Shown here: in pieces, positions 36,664 through 44,613 of the stretch
How positions within the stretch are numbered: position 1 is the first letter of the stretch
Layout of the letters: each line of letters starts with the position of its first letter
Source: a virus
Length of the DNA stretch: 64,000 nt
Reading direction: 5' to 3' (one strand)
IMG/VR virus record: IMGVR_UViG_3300045988_183134
Location: 124,565 to 188,564 of that record
Made by a program: the position numbers and the translations under genes
Notes under the pieces: model-generated
The model's database searches: none
What the model saw: the letters and a program-made list of their open reading frames with translations, nothing else
What the model was told of the DNA's origin: nothing

Positions 36664-36876
36664 ATATTTATTTACAAATAATGTTTAACCAATTTGCAAT
36701 TTAGCCGTAAGCCAAGACTTGGATGATACTACGCGATTTCACAAACGTCGTCGTTTTATGGTCCATAACGGTGAATGAAACCAGCTTCGACTCTAACTAA
36801 CTGAATGGCAGCTGCTCCAATTCTGGAGTGGCTGATTTTTTTGCGCATAACTTCTGAAAGAATCTCCGGTGAACTA

Positions 36877-37054
36877 CTCGGCAATTGAATTGCCGAGCAT
36901 CAAACGGAGAGGTTTGACGCTCGATTCTCCAAGAGCCTAGTCCTTTGGGAATAAAGCCGCAACACGTCCAAGGCGTGCAGCAGAAATATCTCCTCCGGCT
37001 ATCCGCATATAGTCAAGCTATAATACAGAATCGCAGTTCATATGTTCCCAGGGT
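36877..37054 (-). ncRNA. Predicted omega-RNA region downstream of the 565-aa tnpB
   Basis: This is the non-coding interval between the tnpB stop and the end hairpin. Its position matches known TnpB reRNAs. The boundaries are not determined. Confidence 0.4.
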
Positions 37055-38752
37055 TCAGGTTGCCGAAGCGGCCTGTTCCTCGGAATTCTGCTTTTTAACA
37101 AATTTTTCGGGATGCTGTTGCTTATAAAGTTCGTTTTTACGAGAATAATACCCACTCAGCTTAGACTGCAAGACTTTATGATTGTACTTGTTGTCTTCAC
37201 AAATCTTAGAGAGGTTTTTATCCAGATAACGAGCCTTAATGTTAATGCCAGCAGTATGGTCAGCATCGCCTTTGTAACCACAGCAAGTGCAAAGGAAGCT
37301 CTTCCCATTTCGATTTGCCTTATCGAGATTACTGCACTCTGGACAAACCTGACTGGTGTAATCAGGCACGACTTCAACGAAGTCGAAGCCTTTCCAGTTA
37401 AGGGTTTGCATCAACTTCTGCTGTGCTTTACCTCTCGCAAAACAGGAGAACATACCATTAACCCGTCTACTTTTGTTGAACTCACGAATGTCGAGCAACT
37501 CCAAGACGGTAATGGTTTCCTTGTCCAGCGATGAGACGTAAGAAAGAACAGCATCCTTGATTTCTTTGTCCAGCATTTGGTAGTAGTGGCGTTTCTTGCG
37601 ATAAGGGGCATTTGCCTTTTGAATCATGCGATTTAGTTTATCCATCTTTTTGATGAGAGAACGTCTCACATCATCAGGTAGATTTTTATGCTTCCGCAGG
37701 AAATGGCGAATTTTGCGCTTCTTGTTTCGTAAGGAAGAGAACTCTCCAAAAGATTTTTCCACTTCCTTGTGATAGAAGTCGAGAACCTCGCGCATAGAAC
37801 CAAAGTGTTTGCCATCAGACAGGTAAAACAAATCAGCAATGCCAGTGTCTACACCATTTACTTTTGAAGTCGCAGGTTTAGCAACAGTTTTTGTGTAAGA
37901 CCAACCAATACGCAAAACACCTTTGTCAATAGAGCAAGTCACGGCCCTTGCCATTTTACAGCTTTTGGCTTTATGCAAAGAGTGCTTGCTTGTGTCCAAG
38001 GGCACAGTAATCCGTTTACCCTTTTCCGTTGGATTTGTGACTTCGATTACATAAGGAGCTTTAATGTCGTTGGATTCTTCGAGCTTCATCAAGCGACTAT
38101 CCAACGGAATTCGAGCCTTTGAGATAACGGGAACCTTATATTCCAACGAAAGCATGGCAAAAGAATCGTTGATTTCTTCCATGCGGAAGGCAAACTCTTC
38201 GTCAGGCATCTCACTCAGCGTTTTGGCACACTTTTCGTAAAAATCTTCTTTGTCCTCAGGTTCAGGTTTGCCTTCCTTGGCAGCCTTCGCCTTGCGCTTT
38301 GTTTTGGCTTCCAAAGAGATTTTTAGCATGGCATCAATCATTTCAGCCTTTGTTGCGTGGTCAAGAGTCATACCGAACAAAACCTTAGACGACGTAAAAA
38401 CGTCATCGTGTTCACGGTACATGTCGTCCTTGATTGTATTCAAACGATTCGAAAGATGCGTAAACGCTGTATCAAAAGCAGCTTGGCAAAAGGCAGAGTT
38501 CACCCCTTTGGGACGAATAGACTTTTCGTAAGCACGAACCTGAGGGTCTTTCTTATCATTTTTGATAAGTTGAACATGCATCCACTCACAATTGTTAATA
38601 CCTTGTATATTATTGTTTACAAGTCGAGTAAATAATTTTTGGATTGATGCAATGATAGAAGCCTTTTCTTTGTTAGGATGTCCATAAAGAAAAACAGACT
38701 TTGTTTGACTGGCTTCGAACCCTGTATCTTTGCGCTTTTTTGCTTTTGGCAT
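37055..38752 (-). CDS. tnpB: Large TnpB/Cas12-like RuvC nuclease with zinc ribbon (565 aa)
   Basis: RuvC-I is NGVDTGIADL, the RuvC-II Glu is in ITVLELLDIRE, the zinc ribbon is CPECS...CTCCG and RuvC-III is GDADHTAGINI. Confidence 0.8.
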   Translation of the reverse strand: MPKAKKRKDTGFEASQTKSVFLYGHPNKEKASIIASIQKLFTRLVNNNIQGINNCEWMHVQLIKNDKKDPQVRAYEKSIRPKGVNSAFCQAAFDTAFTHLSNRLNTIKDDMYREHDDVFTSSKVLFGMTLDHATKAEMIDAMLKISLEAKTKRKAKAAKEGKPEPEDKEDFYEKCAKTLSEMPDEEFAFRMEEINDSFAMLSLEYKVPVISKARIPLDSRLMKLEESNDIKAPYVIEVTNPTEKGKRITVPLDTSKHSLHKAKSCKMARAVTCSIDKGVLRIGWSYTKTVAKPATSKVNGVDTGIADLFYLSDGKHFGSMREVLDFYHKEVEKSFGEFSSLRNKKRKIRHFLRKHKNLPDDVRRSLIKKMDKLNRMIQKANAPYRKKRHYYQMLDKEIKDAVLSYVSSLDKETITVLELLDIREFNKSRRVNGMFSCFARGKAQQKLMQTLNWKGFDFVEVVPDYTSQVCPECSNLDKANRNGKSFLCTCCGYKGDADHTAGINIKARYLDKNLSKICEDNKYNHKVLQSKLSGYYSRKNELYKQQHPEKFVKKQNSEEQAASAT

Positions 38753-38777
38753 AAGGATGATTTACCTCCTTTCTTTG

Positions 38778-39188
38778 CTAGTATTGTTTGTTTTGTTTTT
38801 GGATGTACTTTCGAATGTTTTCTTCCGAAACAGAGCCAACTGTTTCTACATAATATGAGTGATTCCAAAGTTGTCCTTTCCACAACTTTTGTCTTATTTC
38901 TGGAAAACGCTCGTAAAGTTTCCGCCCGGAAATACCTTTTAGATATTTTACTATCTGAGTAATGGATAATTTCGGCGGGGCGGAAACAAAACAGTGAACG
39001 TGGTCCATTTGACTGCACTCGAACTCATGTACAGTAAACCCTTTTTCGGCAGCAGTTTCATACACGACTTGGCGCATATAATCTTCAATCTCTTTGGTCA
39101 AAACCTTTCGTCTGTATTTGACTGACCATACCACATGGTAGTTGATATTGCATACGCAAGTCCTGTAATGTATGAGGTTTTCCTTCAT
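38778..39188 (-). CDS. tnpA: IS200/IS605 family Y1 (HUH) transposase
   Basis: YHVVWSVKYRRKVL, the HUH motif in DHVHCFVSAPPK, and the YxxxQ motif in YIQKQ. Confidence 0.9.
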   Translation of the reverse strand: MKENLIHYRTCVCNINYHVVWSVKYRRKVLTKEIEDYMRQVVYETAAEKGFTVHEFECSQMDHVHCFVSAPPKLSITQIVKYLKGISGRKLYERFPEIRQKLWKGQLWNHSYYVETVGSVSEENIRKYIQKQNKQY

Positions 39189-39299
39189 ACATATAGTATA
39201 GCATAAATCTCATCATAAATCAAGTTTTTCCTAATTGGCGCTTTCATCTCGGCAATTGAATTGCCGAGGATTCCCGCGCCGTTATCCTAAAATCAACCG

Positions 39300-39328
39300 T
39301 TGCGAATTCGTGCGATTCGCGGACAATA
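39300..39328 (+). promoter_or_regulatory. Promoter-like box ttgcgaattcgtgcgattcgcggacaata (diverged member of the TTGCGG..GTGCGAATC family)
   Basis: It lies about 60 bp upstream of the Big_2 lipoprotein gene with TTGCGA-17-ACAATA spacing. Confidence 0.3.
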
Positions 39329-39388
39329 AAGCTTGTAAGCATGAATGTACCAATTTGAATAGTATTTACACCTAATAGAAAGGATTGT

Positions 39389-40384
39389 ATGACTGTGAAA
39401 CGATTGAAACAAATTGTCACAATCGGCTGCGTTGCGGTGGTCGCTGCGCTGCTGATGGCTGGATGCGGTGAGCATCGGCTGGTATCGATTTCAATGCCGG
39501 AAACGATAGATTTGAAGCTCGGTGAAAGCACCGCAATTGAACTGACCGGAACTCTTAAAAATGGCACTGAGGTGACGGGAGACCAGCTCACGCAGCTTCT
39601 CGAACATCGAGGAATGACATTTGAGAGCTTTGCGCCGAGCGTTGCATCTTTGGATGACACGCTGCGCTTGACGGCCAACTCGTCCGGCAGAACGGAAATC
39701 AATATCTATAGCCGGGATAACAAGCTGAACTGCAGCGCGGAAGTGACTGTCGTATCTCCGCTTGAAGGCTTTGAGATGGATGATATTATCACTACTACTG
39801 ATAACAATTTAGTGAATCCCGAATACACCACAATTCCCGAAACGGCTGATGTGGGTGAAGTTACGGTAAGTGTGGGGGATGAATCGATTGCCCGAGTGGA
39901 GAACAATAAGATTGTTCCTCTGAAAGCCGGAACCACCACGGTCACTATCACGGCAGATAATGGTGTGTCCAAGACTGTGAAACTCAAGGTCAAGCAGGCT
40001 CCGAAAGAGCTCTATGCCGACAACCTGGAAGTCGAAATCGGAGAGACTAAGACGATTCATGTCTATACTGATGTTCCTGACCCTGATACGGATAACGATA
40101 ACAGCCTGTATGAGTTTGAGAACACCGACAATTCGGTTTGTGCCGTCAACGTTAAGGGTGAAGTGACGGGCATTTTGGTCGGCACCAGCAAGGTCAAGGT
40201 TACGAACAGCAGCGGCCTTGAGACAACAATGACGGTAAATGTTGTACCGAAAACCGCACACATGACGCTGACTTTTGGCGCATCTGAGGATACCGAAAGC
40301 ACCAACGAAAACACTGAAAATCAGCCCGCAGAAGCCACTGACAACGCCGATTCCAGCCAGGATAGCGTGGGAGGTAATGAATGA
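39389..40384 (+). CDS. Lipoprotein with Big_2 domains
   Basis: A lipobox is present (ALLMAGCGE). Big_2-type repeats include VGDESIARVENNKIVPLKAGTTTVTITA and NTDNSVCAVNVKGEVTGILVGTSKVKVT. Confidence 0.8.
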   Translation: MTVKRLKQIVTIGCVAVVAALLMAGCGEHRLVSISMPETIDLKLGESTAIELTGTLKNGTEVTGDQLTQLLEHRGMTFESFAPSVASLDDTLRLTANSSGRTEINIYSRDNKLNCSAEVTVVSPLEGFEMDDIITTTDNNLVNPEYTTIPETADVGEVTVSVGDESIARVENNKIVPLKAGTTTVTITADNGVSKTVKLKVKQAPKELYADNLEVEIGETKTIHVYTDVPDPDTDNDNSLYEFENTDNSVCAVNVKGEVTGILVGTSKVKVTNSSGLETTMTVNVVPKTAHMTLTFGASEDTESTNENTENQPAEATDNADSSQDSVGGNE

Positions 40385-40878
40385 TGAGACATATCAAGAA
40401 GTTCGCAGCACTGCTCCTTGCAGCTATCTGCACCATGATGGTTCTGACTGGATGTGTGGATAAGGCTTCTCTGTATGATGATACGCAGCAGATTGCGGCC
40501 GGAAGGACGGCATACTCTGCGACCGGGTATCAAGGTAGCTATGTGATGGGCGACGGGTCTTTTGATTTCACGGCAAGCGCTGATAAGCTTGTAGGAGCCG
40601 TTGAAGCGTTTGATATTGATGTCAAGAACGAGTCCACCCTCGTTGATTGCTATACGACCGTTGATACCACAAATGGCGAATTCAAAATTCTGTTCATCCA
40701 CACTGACAACAAACAGATTATTGCTGAGTATATTGATGACGCATACAGTGACCTGGTTCTTCCTGTCGGCAACTACAAGGTATATCTTGTGGGCAAAGAC
40801 GATGCAGCGTTCGACGTTGGTATTGGTCTTTACAGTTTCGGTGAGAATGTGAGCTGGTATGAACCTTCCAAAAAATAA
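40381..40878 (+). CDS. Small lipoprotein
   Basis: A lipobox is present (MMVLTGCVDK) and there is a 4-nt overlap with the upstream gene. Confidence 0.7.
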   Translation: MMRHIKKFAALLLAAICTMMVLTGCVDKASLYDDTQQIAAGRTAYSATGYQGSYVMGDGSFDFTASADKLVGAVEAFDIDVKNESTLVDCYTTVDTTNGEFKILFIHTDNKQIIAEYIDDAYSDLVLPVGNYKVYLVGKDDAAFDVGIGLYSFGENVSWYEPSKK

Positions 40879-40945
40879 AATGTGACTTTTTCCGTGCCCT
40901 GGGACGAAAAATCCTGGGGCAATTTTTAATTTTTCATAAATATTG

Positions 40946-40974
40946 TTGCGGAAATGTGCGAATCAAAGATAATG
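40946..40974 (+). promoter_or_regulatory. Conserved promoter box TTGCGG-aaatgtgcgaatcaaag-ATAATG
   Basis: The 19-nt core ttgcggaaatgtgcgaatc is identical at 57315. The hexamer spacing is 17 nt. Confidence 0.45.
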
Positions 40975-41138
40975 AAAACATAGGGCAAAAAAGCACGTTA
41001 ATCGCTGAAAAAAGTGACTGCCTTTTCTTTTTTTGTCTTGTTTCTGGAAAGCAAATGTGTCTTTTCGAGAGCATCCAAAAAACGGTGTCACAAGAACAAA
41101 TTACAATGTACCTTTTCAAAAATAACAAGGAGGTTTTT

Positions 41139-41657
41139 ATGAAATCCACCAAAAGCGTCAACAGCAGCGTGAGCAGTGCCATTGCGGGTGAATGGGAAAC
41201 CCCGGATGAACTGTTCCAGGAACTTGACCGCGTTTATCATTTCACTTTGGATGCCTGTGCCCGCCCCGAAAATGCCAAGTGCCAGAAGTTCTTTACCAAG
41301 AAGGAAGATGGTCTTGCACAGGATTGGCGCGGCAATGTCGTGTATTGCTGCCCTCCGAGCGGGACCCGAAATCTGCGCCTGTGGGTTGCGAAGGGTGCTG
41401 CTGAAGGGAAAAAGAAGAACACGACCGTTGTCATGCTGCTGCCGGTATCGACTGATGCTGCCTGGTTTCAGGAACACATCTATCTCCAGCCTGGCGTTCG
41501 GGTGCATTTCCTGCCGGAACGAGTTAAGTTCACCAACCGCCTGCTGCCGTCCTATGCAAAGTATGGTCAGAACGGAACGAAGGACCCTGCCGGTGGTATG
41601 CGGCCCTCAATGGTGGTTGTGTTCACCGGCTCGAAGCGCAAGTTCTGCTGTGAATGA
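41139..41657 (+). CDS. Phage/plasmid Dam-like N6-adenine DNA methyltransferase (orphan)
   Basis: A ggagg RBS is present. EWETPDELFQELDRVYHFTLDACA...NAKC..FFTKKEDGLAQDWRGNVVYCCPPSG fits the small Dam (PF05869-like) family. Motif IV reads CPPS rather than NPPY. Confidence 0.65.
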   Translation: MKSTKSVNSSVSSAIAGEWETPDELFQELDRVYHFTLDACARPENAKCQKFFTKKEDGLAQDWRGNVVYCCPPSGTRNLRLWVAKGAAEGKKKNTTVVMLLPVSTDAAWFQEHIYLQPGVRVHFLPERVKFTNRLLPSYAKYGQNGTKDPAGGMRPSMVVVFTGSKRKFCCE

Positions 41658-41680
41658 ATAGGGAAAGGAGATAGAAAACC

Positions 41681-42289
41681 ATGAAAAAGAAAATCACGAT
41701 TGTGGATAAGGACCTGAACCAGCTTGTGGTTGTTGCAGATTGCAGTAGTGCTCTGTATCAGGACCGGGGCACGAAACTCGGTGAACAGAATCTTCTTTCC
41801 GATACTGCCGTCACCTTTAAGGTCTATGATGGAACGGCTCAAGTTGCTGTAATGATGGCAGACATCCTTCAGGTTCCGACCAAGCAGGGAACGATGGCGA
41901 ATATCTGGCCTACTCCTGCTTACCCGCTTCCCGACAAGCAACTTGCCATCAATTATCTCTGTGCTCGAAATGCCGAACGTCAGATGTTGTGCGACAAAGA
42001 CCCGAAAGACAGCGTTGCAATGGTCCTGCCTATTACGACACATCTTTATATCGACTCTATCAAAGTCGAGAACGCCTATAAACGGCGCGGGATTGCTACC
42101 GGTATGCTGGACTTTGCTGTGAGCCTTGCTTTGCCAGAAACCATCGGCTTGTTCTGCGCCAATGAGGACGCAGAGATGAAAGCAATGCTGAAAGCCCTCA
42201 AATTCGCTCAGTCCCCACTCAAGGCACAGAACATGCCCTGGAAAGAAAAGTTTTATTACTACAAGCGCCTCAAGCGCCTGGCACGTTGA
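41681..42289 (+). CDS. Hypothetical protein with a GNAT-like C-terminal motif
   Basis: LYIDSIKVENAYKRRGIATGMLDFAV resembles acetyl-CoA binding motif A (R-x-x-G-x-A). Confidence 0.45.
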   Translation: MKKKITIVDKDLNQLVVVADCSSALYQDRGTKLGEQNLLSDTAVTFKVYDGTAQVAVMMADILQVPTKQGTMANIWPTPAYPLPDKQLAINYLCARNAERQMLCDKDPKDSVAMVLPITTHLYIDSIKVENAYKRRGIATGMLDFAVSLALPETIGLFCANEDAEMKAMLKALKFAQSPLKAQNMPWKEKFYYYKRLKRLAR

Positions 42290-42295
42290 AACATT

Positions 42296-42609
42296 AGGAG
42301 GCTTTTATTGGTCAACAACCCCGCCTAAACCGGCTCGCCGGTTATAGACGGGGCTTGCGGGGCAACCCGTAAGCCCGGTTGATTAGCCTAAGTCTGCTGC
42401 TCCAGCGGCAGGAAACTACGTTGTGTACTAATAATATAGGCACCTTACTCATGCTCCACAAGTGGTGAGCTCTGCGGATGTTTGTTAAAAATCTCTGAGG
42501 GTAGGAGACGTGCAAACATCATACCGAAAGGTAAAACAGTACAACAACATTGGCGATGTGGACCACAGGGCGCAAGCCCTGACTTATTGATTCATTATTT
42601 ACGAAAGGA
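42296..42609 (+). ncRNA. IscB omega-RNA (HEARO-type) candidate
   Basis: A 314-nt GC-rich non-coding region lies directly 5' of iscB. It has several stable hairpins, including two with GCAA tetraloops (gggcttgcggg-gcaa-cccgtaagccc at 42351-42377 and cagggc-gcaa-gccctg at 42566-42581). Confidence 0.6.
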
Positions 42610-44147
42610 GTGCCTTGCATGAGCACTTGTGTTTGTGTTCTCAGTAAGAATGGCGAACGCCTGATGCCGACTATCCGTCTTGGCAAGGTGCGCCATCTTC
42701 TGAAAGACGGAAAAGCAAAAATTGTTAAGCATCATCCATTTACTATTCAGTTACTGTATGACAGCAAAACAAACACGCAGCCTATCGAAATCTGCGAGGA
42801 TGTTGGATACAACTACATCGGCATCAGTGTGAAAAGCGAATCTCACGAATATGTGTCTGCCCAGTATGATACATTGCAAGACGAGAAAAGCTGTCACGAT
42901 GCTTGCCGTAGAATGCGCCGAACTCGCAGAAACAGGCTACGTTACCGCCAAAAGCGCTTTGACAACCGCAAACGTGACAAAGGCTGGCTTGCACCCTCTC
43001 TTAAACATAAGAAAGAACTCAACGTCAATGTCATTAAAATGTATTGCGAAGTTGTGCCTATTACGCATGCAACCGTTGAAGTTGGCTCTTTCGATACGAT
43101 GCTTGTAAAAGCAATCGAGGAAGGCAAAGCCACACCAGAAAGCGCAGATTATCAAAAAGGTCCCCGCTACAAGTTGGCAACTCTGCGGGAGGCGGTATTC
43201 TATCGGGATAACTACACTTGCCAGGTTTGTGGGCGCAAAGCTACCGAAGGTGCAATTTTGCACGTGCATCACATGTTTTATTGGAAAGGTCGCCATGGCA
43301 ATAGTCTCAGCGAGCTTATAACAGTATGCGAGAAGTGCCATACACCAGCTAACCATCAAAAAGGCGGCAAGCTCTATGGATTCGGTGAAGATATAAAGTT
43401 TGCCAACCTTTCTGGTGTAGCATTTATGAACACTGTACGCTGGCAAATCGTTAATGAACTTTACGCTGCTTTTGGAAAGCCGTTCGTCACATTCACTTAT
43501 GGCGCGATGACCAAGGAAAAGCGAATTGCCCTTCATCTTGAAAAGAGTCATAACAACGATGCGTATGCAATGGGCGAGTTTCATCCAAACTGCCGCTGTA
43601 CGTTTGAACATTATGAAAAGGTAAGGCGTAATAATCGCATCCTTGAAAAGTTTTATGATTCTCGCTACATTGACATTCGTACAGGAGAAATAGCTACTGG
43701 AAAAGAGCTCTTCAACGGTAGAATCAACCGCAGCCATAAAAAGGATTCTGAAAATTTGCACAAATACCGTGGAAAAAGGATTCGTAAAGGCTATCGTGCG
43801 CTACGTCGCAAGAAAGTGGCCCTCAATCCCGGTGATTTGGTTTCTCTCAACGGAGAAATTCTTGTTGTCCATGGCACTCATACCAAAAAGAATGGTTCTG
43901 TAAACGTGGAATTCAAAACTCCATCGAGAGGTGGTAAAAAATCCGCAAGCCTTAAAAAGCTGAAAATTGTTAAAACGTCAAACCTCATGCATTCTGCGTG
44001 GACTAAAGTATCTTAAAAAACTAAAGAAAGGAGACGCGGGGTATTTGGACTTACTAAGTGTGCCTCAAATGTACTCTTAGTCAACGCATTCCTCACCGCC
44101 TAAGTCGCAAGCGACTATAGACGGTGTACCCTGCGCACAAATTTTAT
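42306..44147 (+). mobile_element. IS200/IS605-like element carrying iscB and its omega-RNA (no tnpA)
   Basis: The left-end hairpin is caaccccgcctaaaccggctcgccggttatagacgggg (42316-42353). The right-end motif lies at 44086-44134. ttttattgg / ttttatgg is present at the two borders. Confidence 0.6.
42619..44016 (+). CDS. iscB: IscB RNA-guided nuclease (PLMP, split RuvC and HNH)
   Basis: An aaaggag RBS is present. The N-terminus is VLSKNGERLMPTIRLGKVRHLLKDGKAKIV. RuvC-I is EDVGYNYIGISV, the HNH is CQVCGRK...HVHHMFYW...CEKCH and RuvC-III is SHNNDAYAMG. Confidence 0.85.
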   Translation: MSTCVCVLSKNGERLMPTIRLGKVRHLLKDGKAKIVKHHPFTIQLLYDSKTNTQPIEICEDVGYNYIGISVKSESHEYVSAQYDTLQDEKSCHDACRRMRRTRRNRLRYRQKRFDNRKRDKGWLAPSLKHKKELNVNVIKMYCEVVPITHATVEVGSFDTMLVKAIEEGKATPESADYQKGPRYKLATLREAVFYRDNYTCQVCGRKATEGAILHVHHMFYWKGRHGNSLSELITVCEKCHTPANHQKGGKLYGFGEDIKFANLSGVAFMNTVRWQIVNELYAAFGKPFVTFTYGAMTKEKRIALHLEKSHNNDAYAMGEFHPNCRCTFEHYEKVRRNNRILEKFYDSRYIDIRTGEIATGKELFNGRINRSHKKDSENLHKYRGKRIRKGYRALRRKKVALNPGDLVSLNGEILVVHGTHTKKNGSVNVEFKTPSRGGKKSASLKKLKIVKTSNLMHSAWTKVS

Positions 44148-44595
44148 GGAATCTAATAAACCGCTTCGTACACATCCCAAGATGACGAAAGTTTTGCTCG
44201 GCCAGATTGATTCACTGGATAAGGCAGGCCGCTCGGTTGAAGACATTGCCGCTGCGCTGAATACTACTCCGGAAGCTGTACAGCGTGGCATCGATAAGTT
44301 GATTGACCGGCGACGCTCTGAGATTCGTGCAACGCCTGGTGGTGCATTTACGGTGGCTGCTCAAAAGAAAACGGTCCGCGCCGTATGTGCCGAACGGAGC
44401 TGCCCGTGGCGCTGTGACGCGAAGGACTACTGCGTTTGGCCGACTTGCCTGAAGCAGGCTGTCAATCTTGACAAGGCCGTTCCGGTATGTGCCAGCATCG
44501 TGAGCAGTGAGACAATGTCCAATAATGCAATGCCTGGTGCTGAGCCCAAAGTTGGGCCCAGTGCTGAAGCTAATACTCAAGCCCCGAATGTTTGA
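44146..44595 (+). CDS. Hypothetical protein with an HTH-like segment
   Basis: GRSVEDIAAALNTTPEAVQRGIDKLIDRR resembles a sigma region-4-type HTH. No Shine-Dalgarno is present and the ATG abuts the IS end. Confidence 0.45.
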   Translation: MESNKPLRTHPKMTKVLLGQIDSLDKAGRSVEDIAAALNTTPEAVQRGIDKLIDRRRSEIRATPGGAFTVAAQKKTVRAVCAERSCPWRCDAKDYCVWPTCLKQAVNLDKAVPVCASIVSSETMSNNAMPGAEPKVGPSAEANTQAPNV

Positions 44596-44613
44596 GAAGG
44601 AGGATTATGAATT

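Larger units (their letters stand above)
36870..39275 (-). mobile_element. IS605-type element (tnpA plus a large tnpB)
   Basis: An identical 21-bp hairpin, ctcggcaattgaattgccgag, lies at both ends (36877-36897 and 39248-39268) and brackets tnpA and tnpB. Confidence 0.75.

Noticed and set aside
40956-41138. The N-terminal extension of the methyltransferase ORF (233-aa version)
   Set aside because: The extension overlaps the conserved promoter box at 40946-40974 and has no RBS. The ATG at 41139 is preceded by ggagg and matches the usual start of small Dam-like proteins.
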